DNA from: Chrysemys picta bellii
Taxonomy: Eukaryota
DNA: 64,000 bases
NCBI RefSeq assembly: GCF_011386835.1
Contig: NC_088794.1
Coordinates: 38,998,001-39,062,000 of the forward strand
Direction of reading: 5' to 3'
Shown here: positions 24,420 to 35,590 of the stretch, one piece after another
How positions within the stretch are numbered: position 1 is the stretch's first letter
How the letters are laid out: every line of letters begins with the position of its first letter
Position numbers and translations under genes: made by a program
The notes under the pieces: generated by a model
Databases searched by the model: none
What the model saw: the letters and a program-made list of their open reading frames with translations, nothing else
Told to the model about the DNA's origin: nothing

Positions 24420-25571
24420 TAAGATACTTAAACGTAATTCAGTAAGGTTTAACTTAATTCAGTAAGGTTTGTCCAGGATATTGCAGGAAATTGCCATAGC
24501 TGTAACAGCTGCAACCCAGTTTGTTTACAGAAGTGCTCAATTCTCCACTGACATTCACCCAGCCTCCACTACTCCATTAAACTTAGAGTTTTCTCTACTT
24601 AATGCCCAGTCCTATGCATTCACTAGTCCCCTGTGCCAAATCACAGAAACTCTTTTCAGAGGATTTTTTTAAAACCCACTAATGCAAAAACAATAATTTC
24701 AACCATATGGATTACATTCCAGTAAACTCTTCAGATAACACGAAGGCCAGAAAACCAAGAATATTTACAGCTCAGCCTGAACACCGATTCTCTATTGTAC
24801 ATAGGTGGCTCTAGCAAGGGGATTATTGTGCATAAAAGGCCCAATGTGCAAGGCCTCCACATTCGGAACTCCCCTTTGAATGGGAGTTCTGTGCACGGTG
24901 GATCGAGTGGACAGCATCTTGGTCAATAGTGTCATGGGTGGAGTTTCAGCTGCTGTAAATCAGTGACTTTGATCGCTTAAGGCTGATTTATACGAGCTGA
25001 AGATCTGGCTTGGGTTATCTTTTCTTTAAAGGTGTCAGGCCTTGTAATTTATTTCTGTGTGGTATTTTATGGTGCATCGTCTTTCAGACTTTGGTTCTAT
25101 GTCCAATCTTCACACACATTTTCCAAGTTGTATCAGTTGTGAAAATCTATGTGAAGCTAAAATAAAAAAAGATTTGGGATGGGTGAGAAGGTGGAAATGT
25201 CATGAGACTGTCCCACTGTGTGTCCAATTATAAGGGCTGGAGGGAATGCTAAAAGGGAAAGGGCTATAGGTTTTTGAATCATATGCAGCATTGTCCTCTC
25301 CCATCAGCTCTGCCTGTCTCTGACCCACACTGCAGATGTCTATTGGATATTCTGCTTTTGCTCTGCACACCAACATCCCCCTGATGGTAGTGGGGTTCCA
25401 TGCACATAGAACCAAACCCAAACAGGCAATGGAGAACCATGATGCAGAGAAGAAGGAAGAAATTTTCCCTGTGGAGAGTTGGTTGTGAGTGTAATAAGAG
25501 AATGTATCGTTTCTTGTTTCCTGCTTCTACTCCTTGTAAATAGACTATTATTTTGTCCGTCATTTTCATAG

Positions 25572-25679
25572 GCACATCACAGTCCAGTGTATTTAGTCTC
25601 AAAGAAATCCTACGCCTGCTGAAGCTTCCGGGAGTAAAGGCAGTGTTCTTAATCAAGGTCTTTTCCGGACTCCCTACAG
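25572..25679 (+). CDS. SLC22A18: SLC22A18 coding exon, phase 1-1: (R)TSQSSVFSLKEILRLLKLPGVKAVFLIKVFSGLPT(G)
   Basis: Splice sites cattttcatag|GC and ACAG|gtaatt, 108 nt. Resembles human SVFDLKAIASLLRLPDVPRIFLVKVASNCPTG. Not in the ORF track. Confidence 0.93.
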
Positions 25680-25923
25680 GTAATTCTCTGTGGTCATCGT
25701 AGAATTTAAAATAACAACTATAAATCCAATAGAGTTGCTTTTCATGTGTATCTGAAAGCCCTTTATATTTGCTCATTGGTGAAGGAGAACGGAAGCAGGA
25801 CTATTTTTTTTTCTGCTGGAGCTATTCCATATTCAGTGTTGCATATTCCAGCACAGGCCACTCACAATTATATAGGGTCCAAATCTGAAGTTGAATTTAT
25901 AACAAATTTCCTGCCATGGGTTT

Positions 25924-26710
25924 TCGTGTGACTTTGGGCAAATCACGTATTATCTCTACCTCAGTTCCCCATCTGTAAAATGGGAATAAGGAAACTTTAT
26001 CTCTCCCATCCTTTGTTTGTCTTGTCTATTTAGTCTGTAAGTTCTTCAGCTCAGAGAATGAACTAGACTGTTTGTGCAGCACCTAGTAAAATGGAACTCA
26101 GTTGGGGCCTCTAGACATTGCTGCTGTTGCCAGCACAGAGGCCCGAGGACAGCAACAGCGGGGTTCGTTGCCTGGTGTGCTTCGCGCCAATAAACATACC
26201 GGGGTGGAGAAGCAAACAAAGTTTATTTGAGATCTCAAAGTGGTGCAAGGAGACAGGCAAGTCTCAGATTAAGCACACTAGCAAAAACAGTTTCTCTCTT
26301 CTTATACATTTTACAACTAAGCCCCCGCTCTCTCCCCCTCTCTACTACCCCCCCCATCTCTCCCTCTACTCCCCCTCCCCTCTCTACCGAAGGCATGTTT
26401 ATACATTTAAGCCGTTAAATCATTCTAGGGCTATAAATCTAGCTTGTTAGTAACACTCCTCTAAACTGTTATCTGGTCTTGTTTACCCTTAATTTATTAC
26501 CCCTTCTCCAGCTAGAAACAAGCAAACCTCATCATTATCGCTTGGTACCTGGTATGAGGGGGGGGGGGGGGGTTTGTAACTGATAACTGGCTGTTTACAC
26601 ATTCCAATTTCTGCCCTTGGCTTTTGAGGCCGATTAGAGTTTAAACATGGAAGAACTTGGTTCACTAGACCTACTGGCATCAACACTGCAATACAAATAA
26701 AATAATAAGA
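25924..26710 (+). mobile_element. Old MIR/CORE-like SINE interrupted by an LTR
   Basis: CORE-like gtgactttgggcaaatcac...ctcagttccccatctgtaaaatggg. The 3' tail aatacaaataaaataataa resumes after the LTR. Confidence 0.6.
26125..26685 (-). mobile_element. Solo LTR, 561 bp (ERV-like)
   Basis: TGTTG...CAACA inverted ends, a 4-bp TSD CTGC (26121-26124 and 26686-26689), and a minus-strand AATAAA at 26222-26227. Confidence 0.85.
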
Positions 26711-26930
26711 AAATAATGATACATTTTCAACAATGAGAAGAGAGATTGCTGGACCAGCAGCATTCATTCATGTCTGGCTGCATTCATTTATACATACATA
26801 TAGGGAAGCTGACAGCTTTTATGACTTCCCCTACTATGCGACTGTTTTCAGAGTGGTAGCTGTGTTAGTCTGTTTCAGCAAAAACAATGAGGAATCCTTG
26901 TGGCACCTTAGAGACTAGCAAATTTATTTG

Positions 26931-26972
26931 GGCATAAGCTTTCATGGGCTAAAACCCACTTCATCAGATGCC
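26931..26972 (-). ncRNA. Minimal hammerhead ribozyme motif in the Penelope pLTR
   Basis: The minus strand reads GGCAU CUGAUGA AGUGGG UUUUAG CCCAU GAAA GCUU AUGCC. Confidence 0.72.
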
Positions 26973-27810
26973 CGGAGTGGAAAATACAGTAGGCAGATGT
27001 GTATATATATATTCAGTACATGAAAAGATGGGAGTTGCTTTACCAACTGGGGTTGTCTCTAACGAGACAATTCAATTAAAGTGGAAGTGGGCTATTCTCA
27101 ACAGTAGAATACCAAGGGAGGAAAAATCACTTTTGTAGTGGTAATGAGGCCAATGTAATCAGGGTGGCCCATTTCAAACAATTGACAAGAAGGTATGAGT
27201 AACAGTAGGAGAAAATTAGTATGGGGAAATTAGTTTTTGTAGTGACCCATCCACTCCCAGTCTTTATTAAGGCCTAATTTGATGGTGTCCAGTTTGCAAA
27301 TTAATTCCAGTTCTGCAGTTTCTCATTGGAGTCTGTTTTTGAAGGTTTTTTGTTGAAGAATTGCCACTTTTAAGTCTGTTATTGAGTGTCCAGGAAGATT
27401 GAAGTGTTCTCCGACTGGTTTTTGAATGTTATAATTCTTGATGTCTGATTTGTGTCCATTTATTCTTTTGCGTAGAGACTGTCCAGTTTGGCCAATGTAC
27501 ATGGCAGAGGGGCATTGCTGGCACATATCACATTGGTAGATGTGCAGGTGAATGAGCCCCTGATGGTGTGGCTGATGTGGTTAGGTCCTATGATGGTGTC
27601 CCTTGAATAGATATGCGGACAGAGTTGGCAATGGGGTTTGTTGCAGGGATAAGTTCCTGGGTTAGTGTTTTTGTTGTGTGGTGTGTAGTTGCTGGTGAGT
27701 ATTTGCTTCAGGTTGGGGGGCTGTCTGTAAGTGAGGACTGGCCTGTCTCCCAAGGTCTGTGAGAGTGAGGGATCATCCTTCAGGATAGGTTGTAGATCCT
27801 TCATGATGCG

Positions 27811-28491
27811 TGTTGTAGGAGCACCAGTGATCTGTATGCTATGTATAACCTGTATGCTCAAAAGGTCTGTTACACTTCCACCGCCCCTTTTGTCTCCTCT
27901 CCCTCTCTGAATACCTGTGAAGTGGCTTTCCCCCTCCCCCTCCCTCCTGGAATGCTTCTGGGATGAATGGGCTGGTTGAACAGCTGGAAGATCAGAAGAA
28001 CTTCCAGGTAGACAAGGTGTCTGGGACTCTAATTAGGTAGTGATCACACACCCAATGCATGGACGCTGCATGGACGCTGCCGGAGGTGGAGTGTGACCAA
28101 CCTGGCGCAGCCAAGGCATCTCTAGTCGCAGGCCATGAGGAGCAGATCCTTAAAAGGGGAAGGGGCCATGTGCTCAGGAGTGCACTCACAAGCTTGTACC
28201 TCCCATGAGGACCGCCTGGCCAGTGGTTCTCCGCGTTGCATTCCATCATGCCTCGGGAAGACTTACCTTCGTCACATCGTCCATCACTGCGCTGTGGGAC
28301 ACTTACCTTCAAGGATCCTAACATCTCCAGTGCTGTGCCTGTCCTGGGAGCATGAGTATGCGAGTGTGAGTGTGACCCCCACCCTTCTTTTGAGCTTAGC
28401 TATCAGAATAATAAACGTGCTGCTTTCTGCCAAACTGTGGTGGGTCATTAGTCCTCCCTAAGCTTACTAGCTGGCCCAATTTCAGGTAACA
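27811..28491 (+). mobile_element. Solo LTR, 681 bp, inserted in the Penelope ORF
   Basis: TGTT...AACA ends, a 5-bp TSD ATGCG/ATGCA, and AATAAA at 28410-28415. The Penelope sequence rejoins across the insertion. Confidence 0.88.
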
Positions 28492-31400
28492 ATGCACTGG
28501 AGAGGTTTTAGTTGGGGGCTGAAGGTGACGGCTAGTGGCATTCTGTTACTTTCTTTGTTGGGCCTGTCCTGTAGTAGGTGACTTCCGGGTACCCTTCTGG
28601 CTCTGTCAATCTGTTTCTTCACTTCAGCAGGTGAGTATTGTAGTTTTAAGAACGCTTGATAGAGATCCTGTAGGTGTTTGTTTCTGTCTGAGTGATTGCA
28701 GCAAATGCAGTTGTATCTTAGAGCTTGGCTGTAGACAATGGATCGTGTGGTGTGGTCTGGATGAAAGCTGGAGGCATGTAGGTAAGTATAGTGGTCAGTA
28801 GATTTCTGGTATAGGGTGGTGTTTATGTGATCATCGCTTATTTGCACTGTAGTGTCCAGGAAGTGGATCTCATGTGTGGACTGTTCCAGGCTGAGGTTAA
28901 TGGTAGGGTGGAAATTGTTGAAATCCTGGTGGAATTCCTCAAGGGCTTCTTTCCCATGGGTCCAGATGATGATGTCATCAATGACTAGTGTAAGTAGAGT
29001 AGGGGCATTAGGGGATGAGAGCTGAGGGAGCATTGTTCTAAGTCAGCCATAAAAATGTTGGCATACTGTGGGGCCATGCAGGTACCCACAGCAGTCCCGC
29101 TGACTTGAAGGTACAAATTGTCCCCAAATCTGAAATAGTTGTAGGTGAGGACAAAGTCACGAAGTTCAGCTACCAGGTTTGCCGTGACATTATCAGGGAT
29201 ACTGTTCCTGACGGCTTGTAGTCCATCTTTGTGTGGAATGTTGGTGTAGAGGGCTTCTACATCCATAGTGCCTAGGATGGTGTTTTCTGGAAGACCACCA
29301 ATGGATTGTAGTTTCCTCAGGAAGTCAGTGGTGTCTCGAAGATAGCTGGGAGTGCTGATAGCATAGGGCCTGAGGAGAGAGTCCACATAGCCAGACAATC
29401 CTGCTGTCAGGGTATCAATGCCTGAGATGATGGGGCCTCCAGGATTCCCAGGTTTATGGATCTTGGGTAGCAGATAGAATACACCTGGTTGGGGCTCTAG
29501 AGGTGTGTATGTGTAGATTTGTTCTTGTGCTTCTTCAGGGAGTTTCTTGAGCTGATGGTGTAGTTTCTTTTGGTAACCCTCAGTGGGATCAGAGGGTAAT
29601 GGTCTGTAGAGTGTGGTGTCAGAGAGTTGCCTAGCAGCCTCTTGTTCATATTCTGACCTATTCATGATGACAACAGCACCTCCTTTGTCTGCCTTTTTTA
29701 TTATGATGTCAGAGTTGTTTCTGAGGCTGTGATGGCGTCCTGTTCTGTACGGCTGTGCTGCTTATTAATGAATATTCCTCCTCCTCACTGAATGGTACAA
29801 CCCTTTCTCCTCCCATATGTTGTGTCAGGAAGCAGCTGGCCCGCCTGTGCATGTACAAATAATCTGCTCATCCTACTACTTCTGACATAAGGAGAGGGGC
29901 AGAATCTAATGCAGTGGTCACAATCTTTTGTAGGGGACAGGGCCCTGAACTCAGGAAGGGATGACCTCAATAATTTGGTGTGCGTTTTTCACTTGGAGAC
30001 TCTTGCGGGTTCTTTCTGCTAATTGTGCAAATGATCAGTACCATCCCTCTGGACTATGCAATTTCAAGACTTCACTTTTGTGTGCCTAAAGATATTGGGA
30101 AAGTGCCAATTTATGGACACAGGAACTGTGTTAGGTGGATGTGTGCACAACTTTTGCAAACTCTCAAAAAAGGAGGAGGCCCTTTTAAAAATGATTCTTG
30201 ATGTCTAAGTAACATTAAACTTAACTTGCATATCAAAGCAGATTTACTAGGAGTGGCTGAAAGAGAGAGATGGCATTTCAGCCTTTCTGGGCTTGACAAA
30301 ATGTTTTTAATATTCCCTGGAAAATGTCCTGACATATAATAAACAAGACTCACTGTCTTCTATAGGAATCTGTAAGGAAGTTCTGCGTTTCTCTTCTTGC
30401 ATGCACTTGGCATTGACTGGAGATGCTGAGTTCTGTGTAGTCTAACACCCCTGTCCAAAGAAAACCCACTGGAGAAAAGAACAGTATGCAAGGAAGGCCA
30501 AAGGAAAAATGCAATTCCCTTAACTCTTCCAAAAATGTTACTTGCCTTTAACTACACTCGCCTAATGGAAAATTCATAGAATTATTCTGTTTTACAAAAC
30601 AGGCAGGATTGTAAAGTGATATTTTTAAGGGGATTCCTAATTTCAAGGTGTTGCTTATGGTATTATTTTTAACTTTTAAAATGTCACTGTGTAACCCTGA
30701 GGCTGTAGTTCTGTGCCATCTACAACATAATGCCTCATATGTACCACATGTAGCAACTTTCTTCCAAAAGAATCCGAAGATGCACTTTATATCTCAGTAT
30801 TAGTCACCCACTGCCGAAATGCATCATCCTATGGGGTGGAACATGGCAGCCATTCTGCACAAGCAGCAATGTACCATATTTACAGGGGAAAACAAAGAAT
30901 AACAATGCCATTCAAAAACTAAAGGGGAACTGTCAGGTAGGCAAAATATAATTAATTAAGATGGGATTTGGACAGGACACAGTGGCTAATATTCTAACAC
31001 TTGAAAAAAAATGTCATGGGAACTTTTAACAATCCTGAGTGCCTAGGGTCTCATCTTATGTTTCATTGGAAAGACTGTCCCTCCAGAAGCACAGTGCCAC
31101 ACTGGGAAAGTAGCTGGTTGACACAGAAGAACTCCACCTATTAAATCTCTAGCAGCATCTAACTTCACTTTTCAGGTCTCACATCAAGTTACTGACCTGA
31201 TGATTACAGCCTGAGGTGATTTGGCTGTTGTCCACTTATTTGCACCTCACTGCTTGAGGCTAAACTCTCATCTACCTTCATCTCACTACTGCAACCATAT
31301 AATTATATTAGTTAATTCGTCTAAATTACAGACCTGCTTCTATTTACATTGTAAACAAGTTTGTAATGTATATAGAGGCAAGTCGGCAGTGGTTACTCAC

Positions 31401-31670
31401 TAAAATTAACTTATGTGGGCTAATAAGTACCTTCCTAAGTGAGGTACATTTAAGGCAGGGTGGTGATGGACAGATGGGCTGGTATAGTTTGGGTACCTCT
31501 AATAGTGGGAATATCTGCCAGTCTAAGAACAAGGTGGGGTATTTTACTACATGACAGTGCTTCATTCTCAACTTATGCGGGGGGAAAAATGCCCCATTAA
31601 AATGCAGTAAGTAAAAGAGAGAGAAAGCAAAACCGACCAAGGGTAAAATGTTCAAAAGTGTCTTTGGGTC

Positions 31671-31842
31671 CAGATTTTCAAAGATATTTTGGCGCCTAAG
31701 GATGCAGATAGGCCCCAGTAGGATTTTGCAAAGCACCTGGGCACCTAACTCCCTTTGAAATCAAGGGGACTACAGCACTTCTGAAAATCCCACTATTTGC
31801 CTATCTGCATATTTAGGTACCTAAATACCTTTGAAAATTTAG
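31671..31842. repeat. Imperfect palindromic element of about 170 bp (TAGGCACCTA-motif family), inside a cluster spanning about 31.66-32.46 kb
   Basis: The arm cagattttcaaagatattttggcgcctaaggatgcagatagg pairs with cctatctgcatatttaggtacctaaatacctttgaaaatt. The centre is CCCTTTGAAATCAAGGGG. Confidence 0.8.
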
Positions 31843-33032
31843 CTGTAGGTCATTACGTGAGAGTCTAAATCACCTTTCCAAAATGGACTTATGAACTTAG
31901 GCCAAGATTTTAAAAAGTGACGAGTGATTTTTGGTGCTTCAGTTTTTGGGTACCTAACTTGAGACCCCTTACAAGGGCCTGATTTTCAGAGGGTGAATGC
32001 TCAGCACGTTCTGAAATTCAGACTCCTTTAAGGTGTGTGAAATTAGGAACCCCAAAATTGAGACACCCCAAACCACATGTCATAGGCCTAAATCTCACGG
32101 AAAGTCAATGGGACTTAGTTTCCTAAGTGCCAAAATCACATTTGAAAATGGGACTTCGGAACCTAAGTCACTTAGCCCCTTTTTAAAATGTTACCCCAAA
32201 TTTCCCAGTTTTTATTGAGTCTCCCAAGCCATGTATACACTTTATACTGTGCAAGGCTCATCACTTCTTCTTCTTGGACCAGATTTTCAAAAGAGGGCAC
32301 AGACAGATTTTCAAGAGCTCAGTAGCCACAGTTTGGTCCAGATTTTCAAAGCAGTTCAGCTCCCATTTAGGCACCTACATAAAGGTCAATTTAAGTTTTA
32401 AAAAATGTCTTCTGGAAGCCTGGCCCTGACTGTGAGTGCTCAGCTCCTCTGAAAATTCTGGTCATAGTGAACACACCTTTCTCCCCACTCCTAATGCTAG
32501 CCAATAGCTGTCAAATACATTGTCTAGCTTTACATCGCAAGCAGTGTAAGGTGGACAGTGGATGGAACTTCAGCAGCCATCTTAGTTCTGTTGGTCAGCC
32601 AAGACAGACCACTGGAAAAGTTATGAATTGATGTGGTCAATAGGCCAGATGTTCATTGGGAGTGAATTGGTGTACTGTAGTTCCACTGATTTACACCCAC
32701 CGAGGAACTGGTCTAATATGTGTGACAGTACGCTCTGTACAATATAGCCTTTAGTAAACATCTTGTTTTTGTGGACTTCCATTGAAAAATATATTTCCCT
32801 GTCTAAATGCCTCTAAAGCTACAAGTGAAAATAATCTAGTTGTATGCTTGTAACAGGTGGACAAAGTGAACCCCTGTGAGTGTACAGCATTATAGACCGA
32901 TAATTATTATCCTTCTCAGCGTCACAGGAAATGTGGGCAAAATCCTTCTGCTGTAGCTGAGTTAGTGAGTCGTTTGCCAGCAAACTGTCATCCTCAGACA
33001 TCCTTTGCTGTACTTTTATTTTGTGGCAAATA

Positions 33033-33168
33033 NNNNNNNNNNNNNNNNNNNNNNNNNNNNNNNNNNNNNNNNNNNNNNNNNNNNNNNNNNNNNNNNNNNN
33101 NNNNNNNNNNNNNNNNNNNNNNNNNNNNNNNNNNNNNNNNNNNNNNNNNNNNNNNNNNNNNNNNNNNN
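33033..33168. other. Assembly gap (136 N)
   Basis: Run of N in the intron between the exons at 25572 and 33722. Confidence 1.
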
Positions 33169-33721
33169 GGCCCACTGTGGGCTGAGGCCATCCATGCTTC
33201 TTTGACTGCCTCTCTGTGCTGACAACATTAGAGATGCATGAGAGACAGAAACTCCACGTACCAATGAAGTCATTCACCCAGTGCACAGTGAAACCACTGT
33301 ATTTAATCTCCTGTCCCTAGACTGTTTCTGAGACCCCAAATCCAATGGTGAAAATCTGAAGTTAGGCAAAAAGAATGAGGAATTATCCCCTGGTTACAAT
33401 CTTGCCTGAACAAAAAAAATTTTTTCTTGTGCTATCCTAAAGGTTAGCATGTCTGGCCTAATAAAACCTTGTGAACTGCATCCACTAATCAGCATGATTG
33501 TATCTAACTTCCTCTAAGTTACATTTTTAAAGGCAATAGTTGAAATGGTGAAAGATTTTTTTTTTTAAACCCAAAGTATATTTGTCTGCATTCAGCATTA
33601 ATGTAGAGCAACTCCACTGCCTTTACATCAGTGATAACTAAGCAGGGTGTGGCCCTTTACTTGCACTGTAAATATATTCCAATACCCATTAAAGGTATTT
33701 TCTTTTTAATACACTCTATAG

Positions 33722-33822
33722 GTTTGTTCCTGGTTATGTTTTCCATCATCTCTATGAATTTCTTTGGGCTGGAGGCAGCACAGACTGGATATCTGATGTC
33801 CTATTTTGGTGTTCTTCAAATG
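33722..33822 (+). CDS. SLC22A18: SLC22A18 coding exon, phase 1-0: GLFLVMFSIISMNFFGLEAAQTGYLMSYFGVLQM
   Basis: Splice sites acactctatag|GT and ATG|gtaagt, 101 nt. Close to human GLFMVMFSIISMDFFQLEAAQAGYLMSFFGLLQM. Confidence 0.97.
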
Positions 33823-33927
33823 GTAAGTGGACATGACAATATAATCAGACCTGCTGTATCTGTCATGTGGCAGCCAAGTGCTCTCAGGAGAACCTCCACT
33901 TTTTAGCTAGATTCAATTAGTGCATAT

Positions 33928-34158
33928 GGGCAGGTCTACGCTATCACTTATGTTGATATAACATATGTCGCCCTGAGCGATGCCAGTTACAGTGACCTAA
34001 GCGCTGTCCACACTGGTGCTATGTTGGCGGGAGATGCTTTCCTGCCAACACAGCATCCACCTCTATTGGAGGTGGAGTAATAATGCTAATTATCCCGTCC
34101 GCATAGAGCGTCATCAGTGCAGCTGCGCCGATATAGCGCTTCTAGTGTAGACTAGCCC
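33928..34158. mobile_element. PIF/Harbinger MITE
   Basis: TIRs GGGCAGGTCTAC...GTGTAGACTAGCCC with TAT/TAA flanks. Confidence 0.8.
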
Positions 34159-34904
34159 TAAGACACACAGCCCATAGCAGTCAAGACTTTGCCAAGACCT
34201 GCAAAAGCTCCAGGCAACTGATCCACCAGGTGTGCTGAAGAAAGTCCCACCTGCTTCCTAGCTAGTATCTAATCATGCACTTAATCACCCTTTCTGCTGC
34301 AGTAAACTAGGATTGCTTCAGGCAGAGGATTACCATTAAAACCATTTGGGTAATACTTGTGAAATGTAATTCTTGGCTGTGGATTGCACTGACTAGATAA
34401 TTTGTCTGGAACCTAGAAAATAATTATAAATAAGCATTTCTTCCACTCTTTTGGATAGTAGTCGAGAATGGAGTGTCTCTGGAAAACGTTCTTCCACTTG
34501 ACGACTTTTGTCATTGAGTTTTAGGCCATGGATGCAGTCCAGTGTTGAACTGACATGTTGTCCTAGCTTGCACAGCAAAAGTGTAGCTCTTGCTCTAAAC
34601 TCAATGGGACACATCCTTAGCTGGTATAAATTGGCAGAGCTCCATTTACTTCAGCAGAGCTCTGCCAGCTTATGCCAGTGGATGATCTGACCTAGTATTT
34701 TTATAGCGGCCTTGAATACGGAGAAAGGAATCCTATCCACTCTGTGGAAATGAGCATGACTGACTAGTGCATTACAAAAACTGTAACGAGGAAGAAATTG
34801 TCAATGGAATACAGCCAGTAGGAGAGGAGAGTGAGGAAGTGGGAAGATTCAGCTATGCTAGTTGGTAAAGGAGACAAAATCAAAAGGTACTGTACTGTAC
34901 CAAA

Positions 34905-35199
34905 GGGTACGTCTTCACTACCCACCGAATCGGCGGGTAATAATTGATCTATCGGGGATCGATTTATTACGTCTCGTCTAGACGCGGTAAATCGATCCCC
35001 GAACGCGCTTCCTGTCGACTCCGGAACTCCACCAGAGCGAGAGGCGGTAGCGGAGTCAACGGGGGAGCCGCGGCCGTCGATCCCGCGCCGTGAGGACCCG
35101 AGGTAAATCGATCTAAGATACTTCAACTTCAGCTATGCTATTCACGTAGCTGAAGTTGTGTATCTTAGATCAATCCCCCCCACTAGTGTAGACCAGCCC
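34905..35199. mobile_element. Young PIF/Harbinger MITE, related to 24134-24419 but in the opposite orientation
   Basis: TIRs GGGTACGTCTTCAC...GTGTAGACCAGCCC, AAA flanks, CpG-rich. Confidence 0.88.
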
Positions 35200-35310
35200 A
35201 AAGTTTTCTCAGAAGAGAGGAAGAGACTTAAGCAACTGCAGAAATATCAACAGTTGATTTATAGGTAAAAATGAGAGTTAAGTTCTACCCTAAATTATTG
35301 TCTTGGGTTT

Positions 35311-35590
35311 AGAGCATTGAACTAGGGCTTAGGAAATCCGAGTTCAATTCCTGGCTCTGCCACAGAGTTCATGTGTGACTTTGGACAAGTCACTAAATTG
35401 CTCTGTGCCTCAGTTTCCCTATCTGTAAAATGGTGATAGACAAAAGAACTATCATTGCTATTTTACACTATTTAGATTGCAAGCCCTTTGGCAGGGGGGA
35501 CTGTCTATCACTGTGTGTCTATACGGTGCTCATGATAATTGGGCTTCGGTCTTGGTTGGGGTCTTTAGGTGCCACTGTATTTTCTAATAC
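35311..35590 (+). mobile_element. Old MIR/CORE-like SINE
   Basis: tRNA-like gagttcaattcctggctctgccac followed by CORE gtgactttggacaagtcac...cctcagtttccctatctgtaaaatgg. Confidence 0.7.

Larger units (their letters stand above)
21405..24507 (-). mobile_element. Solo LTR (Gypsy/ERV-like) split by nested hAT and Harbinger MITEs
   Basis: TG...CA ends with near-matching 5-bp flanks TCTGC/GCTGC, and a minus-strand AATAAA near 21690. The sequence is continuous once the MITEs are removed. The left edge is approximate. Confidence 0.55.
26846..29755 (-). mobile_element. Penelope-like retroelement (RT plus GIY-YIG endonuclease), 5'-truncated, frameshifted and interrupted by an LTR
   Basis: RT motifs YLLPKIHKPGNPG.PIISG, MDVEALYTNIPH, GT.MAPQYANIFMADLE, DDI..IWTHG and FLDTTV. 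GIY-YIG motif MYIGQTGQSLRKRINGHKSDI at 27323-27526. Terminal pLTR region present. Confidence 0.97.

Noticed and set aside
32819-33286. ORFs spanning the N run
   Set aside because: Artefacts of the assembly gap.
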